Source: an uncultured bacterium
GTDB taxonomy: Bacteria; Chloroflexota; UBA5177; JANWHV01
Direction of reading: 5' to 3'
DNA: 64,000 nt
Assembly: GCA_963827235.1 (NCBI GenBank)
Contig: CAWHAE010000009.1
Coordinates: forward strand, 1,184,001-1,248,000
Shown here piece by piece: positions 35,163-45,717 of this stretch. The notes under the pieces were generated by a model. That model made no database searches and was not told the DNA's origin. It was given only the letters and a program-made list of their open reading frames with translations. How positions within the stretch are numbered: position 1 is the first letter of the stretch; the number at the start of each line of letters is the position of its first letter. Both the position numbers and the translations under genes were made by a program.

Positions 35163-35291
35163 ATCAGCTCCTTTCGCGGGCAACGTGGCCGGTGCGCTCG
35201 AGAGGGCGAAGGATTCGCGCCCGCCCGCGGTCATACGCGCGTGAAACGGGCGAGAAGACATCCGGATAGACTGCCGAGCCGGAGGTCGCCG

Positions 35292-36071
35292 TCATGCGCG
35301 GCTGGCCAGGACGATGATCCGCTCCTTGAGGAAGCTGCCCTCAGGTGGAGGATCGGGGCTGTAGCCGAAACCGCGCCTTGCCAGCGCCTCCGAGCCGTTG
35401 AGCAAGGCCACGATACCGGCCCGGTCCGCGGGGGCCGTGCCGGAGAGATCCAGGTAGCTGGCCAGCGAGCGCCGCTCCTCGTCTACCTCGACGTGCCGGA
35501 TGAGGAAGCCGGCGGCGGCGAGGCTACGCTGCCACCCGTCCATATCGAGGGCGCGCACGTGACTGGGATCCCGCCAGCGCTCGAAGCGCTCCATAAGCTC
35601 CACGGCCTCAGGATCGTGCGCCGTGAGCTGGTCGACCAGGCCGAGCTTGCCGCCCGGACGCAGGACGCGGTACATCTCCAGCAGCGCAGCCGGGATGCTC
35701 TGAAAGTGGTGCGGCGCTCGTCTCACGGTGACCACGTCGAACGAGGCGCCGGCGAACGGCAGGCGCTCTGCCTGTCCCAGCAGGAAGCTGGCGTTGTGTA
35801 CGTCCCGTTGAGCGGCGAGGCGCCGTGCCTCCTCGAGCATCTGGTCGGTGGGATCGATGCCGACCACGGACGCCACGTGTGGCGCGACGGCAACTGCCGT
35901 GGGGCCGGTGCCCGTGGCCACGTCGAGCACGTGGTCGGTCTTCGCGAGCTGCAGGAGGTCGATCAGCCGGGCCAAATCGGGCCCGCTGGCGTGGCTCGCG
36001 CTCGCCGCGTACTGCCAGGCCTGCCTGCCGTACTGCCGTCGTGAGGCGTCGGTGTCGAAATCGGTGCCCAT
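35292..36071 (-). CDS. Class I SAM-dependent methyltransferase (UbiE-like)
   Basis: VLDVATGTG, AERLPF..SFDVV, APHHF, RVLRPGG, DPSHVR. Confidence 0.92.
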   Translation of the reverse strand: MGTDFDTDASRRQYGRQAWQYAASASHASGPDLARLIDLLQLAKTDHVLDVATGTGPTAVAVAPHVASVVGIDPTDQMLEEARRLAAQRDVHNASFLLGQAERLPFAGASFDVVTVRRAPHHFQSIPAALLEMYRVLRPGGKLGLVDQLTAHDPEAVELMERFERWRDPSHVRALDMDGWQRSLAAAGFLIRHVEVDEERRSLASYLDLSGTAPADRAGIVALLNGSEALARRGFGYSPDPPPEGSFLKERIIVLASRA

Positions 36072-36131
36072 GCGTGTGCATGCTCCTGGATACCGCCGAT
36101 ATCGCGCAAAGCGCGACGACGATGCTGAGCT

Positions 36132-37490
36132 TCAGGATAGCGGTTTTCCGCCATCGTGACGCGCATGGGCTTGGTCGGCTGTCGAGCGTGCAGCGTGCGC
36201 CCGAAAATGCGCAAGGAGGTCGGTCGGCTGCCGCGCCAGCTCACCGGCTAGGTCTGCCTCGAGCCGGTATATCCCCATCCGTCGTAGGAACGGCGTGATC
36301 GATCCGCCGGTGGCGCCTGGCGGCGGCACCGGATGCGGCCGCTGTCCGGGGCCGTCGCGCTGGTAGAACTCCTCAACCACGACACCCCCGGACGCCCAGC
36401 TCCAGTCGACGAAGTCGAACAGCGGCCACCACGTGAGTCCGAGAATGGGGAATCCCTCGGCGCGCAGTTGCTGCAAGCCGGCCACGAGCCGGTCAAGCCA
36501 GGCGCATTGCTTATCAGCCTCGCCTTCGACGGCGCTTTCGGTGACCATCAGCGGAAGGCCATATGCTACGTGGCAACGCCGTAGCTCTCCGGCCAGGGCG
36601 CCAATACCGCCGTCCGCCGCGACGTGCACCACCCGTCCGTCCAGCCGGACAAGCTCCCTGCAAGAAAGCTCTGGATAGTAGTTAAGACCCAGCACATCCG
36701 GCTGCTGGCCGTCCGCTCTGAGCTGCTCGAGCATGGCGGGTTCCACGCCGTGCCTTTCCAGCCAGGACCAATCCTCGTCCTTCGGGCTCACGCTGCCGAG
36801 GAGCAGTCGAGTTGGCAGCTGGGCACGCCGCTCCCAGAGCTTGACTTCCTCCTCGAGAGACGGGTCTTCGGTCGTGTAGATCTGAACCGCTTCTACGTGG
36901 ACGATCTCCGCCGCCCGGTCGACGCTGCGCACCGCGCGCATTGCCTGTTGGATCCCGGCTACCGCGGCGACGAGCACGGCCGCCCAGCCGCCGTCCCCGC
37001 GCAAGTACGGTGGCCATACAGCCCGCAACCCGCAGAAGGATGCGGTGACTAGAGGCTCGTTCAGCGGCGTGTACGCTCCGACGGCTCCCTGGTACCTGCC
37101 GGCAACTGCCTGGGCGTAGTCGGCAAGCGCCTCGGGAAACCGGGGGTCCGCAAACGAGCCCTCCAGCCAGTTTGGCGTGCCGTAGTGCACGAGGTCGAGC
37201 ACCACCTTCACGTTGAGGCGCGCTGCGAGGTAGTCGATCACGCGGTCCGTCCCGGACCAATCGAACACGCCGGGTGCCGGGTTAACGCGGTACCAGGGAA
37301 AACCGTACCGCAGCATCGTGGCCCCGGTGGCAGCCACGCGGTCGAGGTCGTCCTGCCATTCGCGGGAGTGCCCGGTGAGCTCGTACTCGTCGAGCACGAT
37401 GTCTCCGCCCCGCACTCGAGTTCCAATGGCGGTGTCCTCGATGCCCACGGCGAACACGAGCCCGTCACGTCCAGCCATCAAGTCGGTCAT
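36132..37490 (-). CDS. Glycoside hydrolase family 1-like beta-glycosidase
   Basis: LRYGFPW, LDLVHYGTP, YTPLNEP (acid/base), LGLNYY, LMVTES (nucleophile), WWPLFD. Confidence 0.85.
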   Translation of the reverse strand: MTDLMAGRDGLVFAVGIEDTAIGTRVRGGDIVLDEYELTGHSREWQDDLDRVAATGATMLRYGFPWYRVNPAPGVFDWSGTDRVIDYLAARLNVKVVLDLVHYGTPNWLEGSFADPRFPEALADYAQAVAGRYQGAVGAYTPLNEPLVTASFCGLRAVWPPYLRGDGGWAAVLVAAVAGIQQAMRAVRSVDRAAEIVHVEAVQIYTTEDPSLEEEVKLWERRAQLPTRLLLGSVSPKDEDWSWLERHGVEPAMLEQLRADGQQPDVLGLNYYPELSCRELVRLDGRVVHVAADGGIGALAGELRRCHVAYGLPLMVTESAVEGEADKQCAWLDRLVAGLQQLRAEGFPILGLTWWPLFDFVDWSWASGGVVVEEFYQRDGPGQRPHPVPPPGATGGSITPFLRRMGIYRLEADLAGELARQPTDLLAHFRAHAARSTADQAHARHDGGKPLS

Positions 37491-38398
37491 TTGATCCCCG
37501 TTGTCGCTATGCCACTGACAAAGTACCGCTGCGCCAGCGCGAAAGCCACGGCGAGCGGCAACAGACTGATGACCGCTCCCGCCATGAGCACGCCGTGCTC
37601 AACCACATACTGGCCTGCAAACAGGGTCAGTCCGGCCGGCAGGTTGCGCATGTCATTGTCCGAAGTCATGACGAGCGGCCAGAGGAAGTCGTTCCAGTTG
37701 TTCATGAAGTAGAATACGCCGAGGCTGGCAAGCGCAGGCCTGGCCAGTGGCAGGATGATCCGTGCATACACGTACCAGGTGGAGGCGCCGTCGACCTTCG
37801 CCGCCTCGTCAAGCTCGACGGGAATAGTGACGAAGAATTGGCGCAGTAGGAAGATCCCGAACGCGCTGGTGGCTCGCGGCACGATCAGGCCCTGGTACGT
37901 ATTCAGCCATCCGATCTGGAAGACCAGCTGGAACAGCGGGATAAGTGTCACCTGGAACGGCACCATCAGCGTCGCCAGCACGAGGTAGAAGGCGACCGTG
38001 CGGCCCGGAAAGCGCAGCCTCGCCAGGGCGAACGCGGCGAGAGAATCGAAGAAGACGGACACGATCGTGACGCCCCCGGCGAAGATCACCGAGTTGATCA
38101 CCAGGCGCAGGAAGGGCAATTGCTGCCAGATCGACGCATAATTGTCGAGCGTCGGATGGCTCGGCTGCAGCCGCAGTGGATAGCCGAACACGTCGCTCTC
38201 CGGCTTGAACGAAGTCCCCAGCATCCACAAGAATGGCAAGACGGTGATGGTCGCGCCGAGCAGGAGCAGGATCCAGCGCGTGCCTCGCGAGAGTGCCCAC
38301 CACCAGCCCGCGGCGCCGCGATCGTAGATCGGCGTGTCGGAGCGCGCAAACTGGCGGGAGGCTTTGGGCTTAGGCACGGGTACCAGATCGGTGGTCAT
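37487..38398 (-). CDS. Carbohydrate ABC transporter permease (MalG-type)
   Basis: ELDEAAKVDGAS (EAA loop), WNDFLWPL. Confidence 0.94.
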   Translation of the reverse strand: MTTDLVPVPKPKASRQFARSDTPIYDRGAAGWWWALSRGTRWILLLLGATITVLPFLWMLGTSFKPESDVFGYPLRLQPSHPTLDNYASIWQQLPFLRLVINSVIFAGGVTIVSVFFDSLAAFALARLRFPGRTVAFYLVLATLMVPFQVTLIPLFQLVFQIGWLNTYQGLIVPRATSAFGIFLLRQFFVTIPVELDEAAKVDGASTWYVYARIILPLARPALASLGVFYFMNNWNDFLWPLVMTSDNDMRNLPAGLTLFAGQYVVEHGVLMAGAVISLLPLAVAFALAQRYFVSGIATTGIK

Positions 38399-38403
38399 GG
38401 CCG

Positions 38404-39339
38404 TCAATCCACCTCGTTGTAGCGGAAGAGCCGGAGCTGGAGCATCGAGAGCACCAGAATCAGCAAGAAGAGCACCCACGACATCGCGGCGGCATACCCA
38501 CTCTGGAAGTACTGAAAGCCGGAGTCATAGAGATACGTGACCAGCGTTTCGGTGTGAAATATGGGGCCGCCGCTGGTCATCACGTAGACCGAATCGAACA
38601 GCTGCATGGAGGCGATCGTGGCCATGATCGAGGCGAATAGCAGGCTCGGGCGGAGGAGGGGAAGCACGACTCGCCAGAACCTGAGCCACGGCCCGGCGCC
38701 GTCGAGCGCCGCGGCTTCGAGCAGTTGTTCGGGCACGTCCTGCAGCGCGGCAAGGAAGATCACCATGGAGAAGCCGACGCTCTTCCAGACGCCAACAAAC
38801 ATCACCGCGGGTAGTGCCCACGTCGTGCTCTGCAAGAAGTTCACGGTCGGCAGCCCGACGGACGTCATCGCGGCGTTTATTGCGCCGATCTGCGGGTCGA
38901 GCAGGAATTTCCAGACGATGCCCATCGTGGCCAGCGACGAGATGACAGGGAAGAAAAAGACCGAGCGCAGGAACTTGTTGACCAGGGTGTTGCGCTGCAG
39001 GGCGACGGCCAGGGCGAGACCAAGGCCAACCTGCAGCGGCACCTCAACGCCCGTATAGAGGGCCGTATTGCCGAGAGCATTCCAGAACCGCGAGTCGTGC
39101 ACCATGGTCTGGTAGTTCTGCAACCCCACGAACGGATGTTTGGAGGAGAAGAACGACCATGTATGCAAGCTCATCCAAAATGACTGGACTATGGGGTAGG
39201 CTACGAACACGAGCAGGATTACGGCACTCGGCAAGAGGAACATATAGGCACGACCGTCGCGCGCCAGCTGCCGTAGACGCGCGCGTGGGGTTGGCGCCGG
39301 ACCTACTCCTGTGGCCGATACGGGTACCATGCTGTTCAC
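38404..39339 (-). CDS. Carbohydrate ABC transporter permease (MalF-type)
   Basis: FVGLQNY, LLEAAALDGAG (EAA loop), GYAAAMS. Confidence 0.94.
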   Translation of the reverse strand: MNSMVPVSATGVGPAPTPRARLRQLARDGRAYMFLLPSAVILLVFVAYPIVQSFWMSLHTWSFFSSKHPFVGLQNYQTMVHDSRFWNALGNTALYTGVEVPLQVGLGLALAVALQRNTLVNKFLRSVFFFPVISSLATMGIVWKFLLDPQIGAINAAMTSVGLPTVNFLQSTTWALPAVMFVGVWKSVGFSMVIFLAALQDVPEQLLEAAALDGAGPWLRFWRVVLPLLRPSLLFASIMATIASMQLFDSVYVMTSGGPIFHTETLVTYLYDSGFQYFQSGYAAAMSWVLFLLILVLSMLQLRLFRYNEVD

Positions 39340-39521
39340 CTTTTGCCTGGAATGCGGTCGAGAGCATCGAGCCTACGGGATTGTAGCGTGACTGAAGGCA
39401 AGGCGATCTGCTCTCACGCTTTGGGTCGAGGGGCCGGCTGCTTCGGAGGGCGCGAGGCCAGACATCCAAAGCAGCCAGCCGTGAGGTGTTTAGCAGATAC
39501 GAAGGCTGGGACGTTCCGCGC

Positions 39522-40793
39522 TCACTTGCACCCGATCAGTCCGTTGAGCTGTCCGCTTGCGCTGCTCAGCACAGAGGCGACGTTGGCGCCGCGCTCAGCC
39601 TGCTGAATGGCCGGCGCAAACACGCTGGTGTCGACCTGGTTGAAGTTGGCGAGGGTCGGCAGGTAGAACCGGGCATACGGGCTCTGGGCGGAGAACCCAA
39701 CCACGTAGGGGTTGCTCGTGAGGCCGGGATAGGTGGCCATGTCGGTGCGCGATGGCGGATAGCCGACGTGCTCCGACAGGTAGGCCTGGGCCGGCTTGCT
39801 CATCCACCAGGAGAAGAAGGTCGTCGCGGCTGCCTTGTTGGACGACTTGGCATTCAGCACCATCGGCACGGTGCTCGCCGTCGTGACCGGCTTGCCGAGG
39901 GCACCGACAGGCACCTGGGTGAGCCCGAAGTTGACATGCGCGGGCTGGTATTCACCAATGGCCCAGGGACCGTTGATCTCCATCGCCGCCTTCTGGGCAG
40001 AAAACAGGTTGTCGGCATCCTGCCCAGACAGGCCAACCTGGCTGATCTGGTCTTTGACGATGAGGTCGGCCCATGTGCTCACGGCCTGGACGGTCTTCGG
40101 GTCGGCCAGAGCCGAGCAGCCCTTGGACGTCAATAGGTCACCGCCGTTCGCCCAGATGAAGATCGGCCACATGGGGATGGTTGAGTGGTCGGCGATGGCA
40201 ATGCCGTACTGCTTCACCGTCGAGCCGGACTTTACGGTCAGCTTGACGGAATCCTGCTGTAGCTCGGCCATGGTCTTGGGTGGAGCAGCAATGCCCGCCT
40301 TGGCAAAGAGTGTCTTGTTCCAGTACAACTCGAGCGTCGCCCAGTTGGCGGGCATCGCGTACAGGTGGCCGTTGACCGTAAAGGCCGATTTGATGGCCGC
40401 CGGCAGGATGCTGGGCGAGACCTGGTTAGACCCGCTGCCCAGCAACGAGTCGAGAGGTGCAATCAGGCCGTTGGCGATGTACTGCCGGATCGTCCCGACA
40501 TTGTAGTCCGGCGTGGCGATGTCCGGGCCGGAACCGCTCGCCATCGCCGTGGGAAGCTTCTGCGCGATCGAGTCCCACGGCTGCACGACGTAGTTGACCT
40601 TGATGCTTGGGTGGGTCTTGTTGAACATGGTGATGAGGGCCTGGTAGGTTGGCCCATCCCCACCGGTGAAGCCGGACCAGTAGGTCAGCGTCACCGGGCT
40701 GTTTTGCCGTGATGCCAGAGCCGACGGCCCGGCGGCGCCGGCGAGGCTGCCGATGACACAGGCTGCCCCGAAGAAGGTCAGTATTCTCCTCAT
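39522..40793 (-). CDS. Carbohydrate ABC transporter substrate-binding protein
   Basis: Signal peptide, LTYWSGFTGGDG, GPDI, LYWNKTLF, GPW. Confidence 0.93.
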   Translation of the reverse strand: MRRILTFFGAACVIGSLAGAAGPSALASRQNSPVTLTYWSGFTGGDGPTYQALITMFNKTHPSIKVNYVVQPWDSIAQKLPTAMASGSGPDIATPDYNVGTIRQYIANGLIAPLDSLLGSGSNQVSPSILPAAIKSAFTVNGHLYAMPANWATLELYWNKTLFAKAGIAAPPKTMAELQQDSVKLTVKSGSTVKQYGIAIADHSTIPMWPIFIWANGGDLLTSKGCSALADPKTVQAVSTWADLIVKDQISQVGLSGQDADNLFSAQKAAMEINGPWAIGEYQPAHVNFGLTQVPVGALGKPVTTASTVPMVLNAKSSNKAAATTFFSWWMSKPAQAYLSEHVGYPPSRTDMATYPGLTSNPYVVGFSAQSPYARFYLPTLANFNQVDTSVFAPAIQQAERGANVASVLSSASGQLNGLIGCK

Positions 40794-40808
40794 TGCCGGA
40801 TCCCCTTT

Positions 40809-41915
40809 TCAGTTCGCGTAGCCTTCGCTGCTTGTTGCTTGCTCTGCCGCCCTGGCAGCGCTTGCGGGCCCGGCAGAAGCCGGGATACACCCGCACGAGT
40901 TTCGCACGACGAGATCTGTGGGCATCAAGGTGACTAGCTCATCTGGTTCGTGACCTCCTATCAGCGCTAGCAGGCGACGTGCCGCCACCGAACCCACCGC
41001 GGTCATGTCACCCTGGACGGTTGTGAGGGCAGGCTCGACGTATCGGGCCAGTGGGATGTCGTCATAGCCGACAAGCGGCAAATCGCCGGGGACGGCAATG
41101 CCATGCGCGCGTAGGGCGTCGCGCGCGCCGAGTGCCATCTGGTCGTTTGCGGCGAAGATTGCCTCAAACGCCGTTCCCTGGGCCAGCAGACGCTCGACCG
41201 CCTGTGCACCGCTCACATCCGAGTAATCGCCCTCGATTTCCAGGTTCGGGTCCGGTGCGATTGCCGAGGCCATCAGTGCCGACCTGTACCCGTAGAGCTT
41301 GTCCTGTGACGACTGATGCCCCCGGGGACCCGAAATGTGGACGATGCGCCGCACGCCGTGTACCTCCAGCAGGTGACGGGTGGCAATCTCAGCGCCGTGG
41401 CAGTCGTCCAGACACACCGTCGCTGCCCGTGCCAGGTGTGGCGCGCGGCCCACGATGACGATCGGATAGCCGGATCCGGCGAGTTCGATGATGTTGGCAT
41501 CTGCCATGGCCGCGGACGCCACAACCACGCCGTCGGCTACCCGGCCCTGCATCAAGCGCCGGTAGGCCGACGCCTCGTCCTCCTCGGTGCGCGAGGTGGA
41601 AAGGATTGTCGAAAGATCGTTGTCGGCCGCTACAGAGACGATGCCTTCCAGTAAGGCCGTGAGAGTCGGGTGCGAGAAAATGTGCTGGCTCGAATGTGGC
41701 AGCACCACCGCGATGGCATTGACGCGTCGGCTGCGCAACGCACGTCCGGCCGAGTGAGGGACGTAGCGCAGCTTCGCGGCAGCCTCCGCGACCGTCCTCT
41801 TGGTCTCTGCCGACACACGCGGGCTATCAGAAAGCGCCATCGACGCCGCCGCTGCGGATACGCCTGCCAGACGCGCCACGTCCTTGAGGTTGACACGGCC
41901 TACCGACTGGGTCAC
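40809..41915 (-). CDS. LacI family transcriptional regulator
   Basis: LKDVARLAGVS HTH, AIFAANDQMALG, VGYDD, PALTTV. Confidence 0.95.
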   Translation of the reverse strand: MTQSVGRVNLKDVARLAGVSAAAASMALSDSPRVSAETKRTVAEAAAKLRYVPHSAGRALRSRRVNAIAVVLPHSSQHIFSHPTLTALLEGIVSVAADNDLSTILSTSRTEEDEASAYRRLMQGRVADGVVVASAAMADANIIELAGSGYPIVIVGRAPHLARAATVCLDDCHGAEIATRHLLEVHGVRRIVHISGPRGHQSSQDKLYGYRSALMASAIAPDPNLEIEGDYSDVSGAQAVERLLAQGTAFEAIFAANDQMALGARDALRAHGIAVPGDLPLVGYDDIPLARYVEPALTTVQGDMTAVGSVAARRLLALIGGHEPDELVTLMPTDLVVRNSCGCIPASAGPASAARAAEQATSSEGYAN

Positions 41916-41931
41916 GGCAAATACTCCCGTC

Positions 41932-42104
41932 GAATCGATTCAGTATCTCGTCGAGAGCACATACGCACTGCGGGATTGCTGAATCGATTAAGCAGATTCT
42001 ACGGGGCCGGCTTCCGCTTGTCAAGGGGCTCTCTCATGCCTGTGTGTGCACCGGCGAAGCACGCGCGGCACGTATCCCATCTGGGCCTGCTAAATCGTTT
42101 GACT
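41932..42104 (-). promoter_or_regulatory. Sigma70 promoter TTGACA-17-TAGAAT with three LacI-type operators
   Basis: -35 at 42024-42019 and -10 at 42001-41996 (minus strand); palindromes GAATCGATTC 41932-41941, TGCTGAATCGATTAAGCA 41977-41994, TGCTAAATCGTTTGACT 42088-42104. Confidence 0.85.
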
Positions 42105-42184
42105 CCGGGAGGCAACGATGCTGTCTGTGGCGAGGTCTCGCCTCGCAGGTGAGAGGGCGCTTCATCGCCGTGGAGGTTGGGCGA

Positions 42185-42579
42185 CTTCGTATGGAGACGC
42201 TCACGATGGGATTCGCCACTTACCGGGCAGCATGAGTATCAGTACGCCGTGATCATGGCGGGAGCGACCCTCGCCTTTGCTCCTCTCGTGATCGCGTTTC
42301 TAAGGCATGGGCAGGGAGGAGTGGGCGTTCTTCTCGCAGCATCCCTTCACACCGGAGCTTTGGGGAGTGAACTACTATCCGGAGATCTCGGTCCACAGCC
42401 TGGAGCGAGATAGTGGACGCTTGCGGAGCCGCAGTGTCGACGGGTGGACGGAAGGCCTCGAGGCAGCACTCTCAGCCAGATACCAGCGGTACGCGGTGCC
42501 GCTGTTCGTCAGCGAGACCAGCATGCACGGCCACGACTCACTTCGCTCGCACACCAGCCCAGACGGCCATGGCAGCTAG
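42185..42579 (+). pseudogene. Fused remnants of a MalG-type permease C-terminus and a GH1 internal segment
   Basis: METLTMGFAT / GQHEYQYAVIMAGATLAFAPLVIAFL then EEWAFF..LWGVNYYPEISVHSLERDSGR..YAVPLFVSETS, paralleling 37487..38398 and 36132..37490. Confidence 0.75.
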
Positions 42580-42694
42580 CCATCCGGCACACAGTAGCTC
42601 GCCTTCTTCCTCAAGTAGTCGAGGGCCTGCATCGCGCGGCTGAGAGGCGATTGGCCTGTCAGTCGTGTACCTGACCTGGTGGACGCGCCTCTTG

Positions 42695-43333
42695 CTAGGC
42701 ATCGTCAGCCTGCAGCCGGCTGCGCAAGAGCGCGATGACGGCCTTACCGTCGCTCTGCACTGACGTCGCGGTACCGTAGCCGCCAAATGCCAGCACTGCG
42801 AACCAGGGCAGTGGCGGGATCAGGCAGACAGGATTGTCGAGCAGCTCGAACTGGAAGCCGTGACCCGAGCCGAAGAACAGGCAGCCCACGAGGATGACTA
42901 CACCTAGTCCGCCGCCCACCATCCACAGCCCAGCCAGACTCTGTGTGAGCGCCGCTGACGGACGCACGATGGCGCGGATGCGTGTCGAGTTTCCGACCCG
43001 CTCTAGCTCGCCGTTCACCCAAGCCTGGGTCCAACTACGTTGCCTATGGTACTTGGAGAGGCTGAACGCGCCATACCCGACCGTCCCCATAAGAGGACAT
43101 GGCGGCTTGATAAGCCTTGCTCGCCAGGAACGCATGTCGGGTTCCGGAGGCAAGCATGTTTCCTGGAGACGGCAGCAGCACTCCTCTACTGTCAGCGGCG
43201 AAGCAAGCTGGTACTCTCTCACCGCGTTCTGGTCGAGCAGCATCTGCGCAAGTCTTTGCGCGCCTCGTACTAAGCCCATAATCAAGCCGACTCCGGCCTT
43301 CAATGCGACGTGATGAACGCTCTTAACCGACAT
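42695..43333 (-). CDS. Hypothetical membrane protein (two C-terminal TM helices); start uncertain
   Basis: SPLTVEECC.RL, GTV..F.L, VNGELE..G.STRIRA followed by hydrophobic segments. Confidence 0.5.
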   Translation of the reverse strand: MSVKSVHHVALKAGVGLIMGLVRGAQRLAQMLLDQNAVREYQLASPLTVEECCCRLQETCLPPEPDMRSWRARLIKPPCPLMGTVGYGAFSLSKYHRQRSWTQAWVNGELERVGNSTRIRAIVRPSAALTQSLAGLWMVGGGLGVVILVGCLFFGSGHGFQFELLDNPVCLIPPLPWFAVLAFGGYGTATSVQSDGKAVIALLRSRLQADDA

Positions 43334-43799
43334 GGTACAGTCCGAGCGCGCGGCGCAGCCATGGCGGCGAGGGCAGTCCCTGGCATCTGCTACGAACACC
43401 GCTTCCGGCATATACGCCGTGTAACCTCGGAAAACCAGCAAACTCAAACTGAGAACGGCCGGCGGGCTCGGGACGCGCGACAGGCACATCACCCAAACGA
43501 CACCTGCGTGTCGCCCGCGCACGCAGTGTACGGCCCTCGACCGCGCCCGCGGACCGCGCGACCTGTTGCGCGGAATAAGCGGGACAGAAAGGTGACGTTT
43601 AAGCGGTCCTGTATATCCAGCCTCTCCGGGCGCGTTGACGCGTACTGCGCGCTCGCCTACACTGCCACTTGTCCTTTCCGATGCGAGAGGACGATACCCA
43701 ACATTGCCTACCGGCGGCACTGCCCCTGCTAAGTGCCGCCGTGATTTTGCTGCGTTCGTCGCCCGCCAGGGCAGAGAACGCGGCTGGGAGGAAGTTGCT

Positions 43800-45572
43800 T
43801 TGTCGTTCGTTCGCAGCGTCACGACGTCGCTGACGCCGTTTCTGATCGTGCTCCTGCTCGTGTGCGCCGCATGGCCCGGTCTGGGAACGGCGCACGCGGA
43901 GGCACCTGCACGGCCGCCGGCAGCCGTGCCCGGCCACCCGGCTGGTGCCAGGTCTGCCCAACCGTCCACGGCGGTGTCTGCTCACCCGTTCACGGCGGCG
44001 CCCGCGGCAGCGCGCGGCGGCACGCTGGTGGAAGGGATTCAGGAAGATCCCGATCACCTCCTGCCGAACTTCAGCGGCCGCTACTATACGCTCCTCGTCC
44101 AGCAGACGCTATTCGCGCCCCTGTTCTACTCGGACGACAAGGGAGTGATTCACCCCGGACTGGCTAGCGTGGTGCCGACTCGCGCCAACGGGGGAATCTC
44201 GGCAGACGGCAGAACCTACACGTTCCACCTGCGGCCCGGTCTGCGCTGGTCGGATGGCGCGCCGCTCACCGCACGCGACGTGGACTTCTCGTGGCGTCTG
44301 TGGACCAACAGCAAGGTCACGCCGCCGCCGTTTTCCACCCTCGGGCTCGACCGGATCGGCGGTACCGCGATCAGCCCCGACGGCCTGAGCATCACCTTCC
44401 TGCTCGTGCAGCCGTACACTCCCTTCGTGACCGACTGGACGGACGCTTTGCAGCCCTTGCCCCGGCACATTCTGGGCAAGATCGCGCCCTCGTCTCTGGC
44501 CGCCAGTACCGCCGCCACGCTTCCGAAGGTCGGTAGCGGGCCGTTCATGTTGCGCGACTACCGCAAGGGCGATCGCCTGGTCGTGATCAGAAATCCGCGC
44601 TATTACCAGGCCGCGGCCGGCCTGCCTTACCTCTCATCCATCGTGTTCCGCGTGGTCCCGCAGCCGAGCCAGGTGGTGCAGGCTCTGCACGCTCGCACCA
44701 TCGACGCCGCGTGGCTGCTCCCGATCACCGACCTGGGCAGGCTCCAGCGTATGGCCGAGGTCTCGGTGCTGCCGCTGCCGGCTGCCAACTGGGAGGCGGC
44801 GCTGATCAACGTGCGGCGGTCGCTGTTCAAGGACGTGCGCGTGCGCCGGGCCCTGGAGTACGGACTGAACCGCGCCGCCGAGCGCAGCACGGCCTGGCAC
44901 GGCCTCGCCTCTCTGCTGGCAAGCGATCAGCCGCCCGTGTCGAGCGCCTATGCCGCGGACATCGCCCCCTACCCATACGACCCCGCCAAGGCCGGCGCCT
45001 TGCTCGACGCCGCCGGCTGGCACATGGGCGCCGATGGCTTGCGTCACAAGGGCCGCCAGACCCTTGACTTCGTCTATTCCTCCACGCTCAACAACCCGTG
45101 GCGGCAGCAGGACGAGGCGCAGGCCCTGGCCGACTACGAGCGACTGGGCATCCAGCTCGTGATCAAGAACTACCCGCCGGGCGAGTTCCTGAGCCACCTG
45201 GAGCACGGTCAGTTCGACGTGGCGGAGTTCGCGTTCGACAATGCGCTGGATCCGAGCGACATCTCCTCGTTCGGCACCCACTTCGTCTATCCGTACGGCA
45301 CGAACTACGGCGGCTACAGCAACCAGGAGTTCGATCGGCTCGCCGTGCAGGAGATGACCACCGTCGACCCGGCGCGGCGAGCTGCCCTGTTCCACCAGGC
45401 ACAGAAGCTGCTGCACGACGACGTTCCGGCCCTGTGGCTCTACAGCCCGGACAACCTGGCCGCCATTTCCAACCGCGTGCACAACTACTCGCCCGCGCCC
45501 TTCAGCCTGGATACCTGGAATTGCTGGCAATGGTGGATCGCTCCCGCCGCGGCGTCGCGCGGCGGGGCGTGA
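43800..45572 (+). CDS. Peptide ABC transporter substrate-binding protein (family 5, OppA/DppA-like), orphan
   Basis: Signal peptide ending AHA, ISADGRTYTFHLRPGLRWSDGAPLTARDVDFSW, VGSGPF, DVRVRRAL; TTG start after GGAGG. Confidence 0.92.
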   Translation: MSFVRSVTTSLTPFLIVLLLVCAAWPGLGTAHAEAPARPPAAVPGHPAGARSAQPSTAVSAHPFTAAPAAARGGTLVEGIQEDPDHLLPNFSGRYYTLLVQQTLFAPLFYSDDKGVIHPGLASVVPTRANGGISADGRTYTFHLRPGLRWSDGAPLTARDVDFSWRLWTNSKVTPPPFSTLGLDRIGGTAISPDGLSITFLLVQPYTPFVTDWTDALQPLPRHILGKIAPSSLAASTAATLPKVGSGPFMLRDYRKGDRLVVIRNPRYYQAAAGLPYLSSIVFRVVPQPSQVVQALHARTIDAAWLLPITDLGRLQRMAEVSVLPLPAANWEAALINVRRSLFKDVRVRRALEYGLNRAAERSTAWHGLASLLASDQPPVSSAYAADIAPYPYDPAKAGALLDAAGWHMGADGLRHKGRQTLDFVYSSTLNNPWRQQDEAQALADYERLGIQLVIKNYPPGEFLSHLEHGQFDVAEFAFDNALDPSDISSFGTHFVYPYGTNYGGYSNQEFDRLAVQEMTTVDPARRAALFHQAQKLLHDDVPALWLYSPDNLAAISNRVHNYSPAPFSLDTWNCWQWWIAPAAASRGGA

Positions 45573-45717
45573 TTGATCGCCGAGCTGCACGTACTTGCCG
45601 CGAAGCTGCTACTGATAGGTAGGGCAAGCCTAGCCGATCGCGCGGGTCGCGGCGGCATGGTTCTGCCGCATACTGGAATGACAGCGTTCAGCGAGGTTTT
45701 GTATCGTGCAGCCCGGC

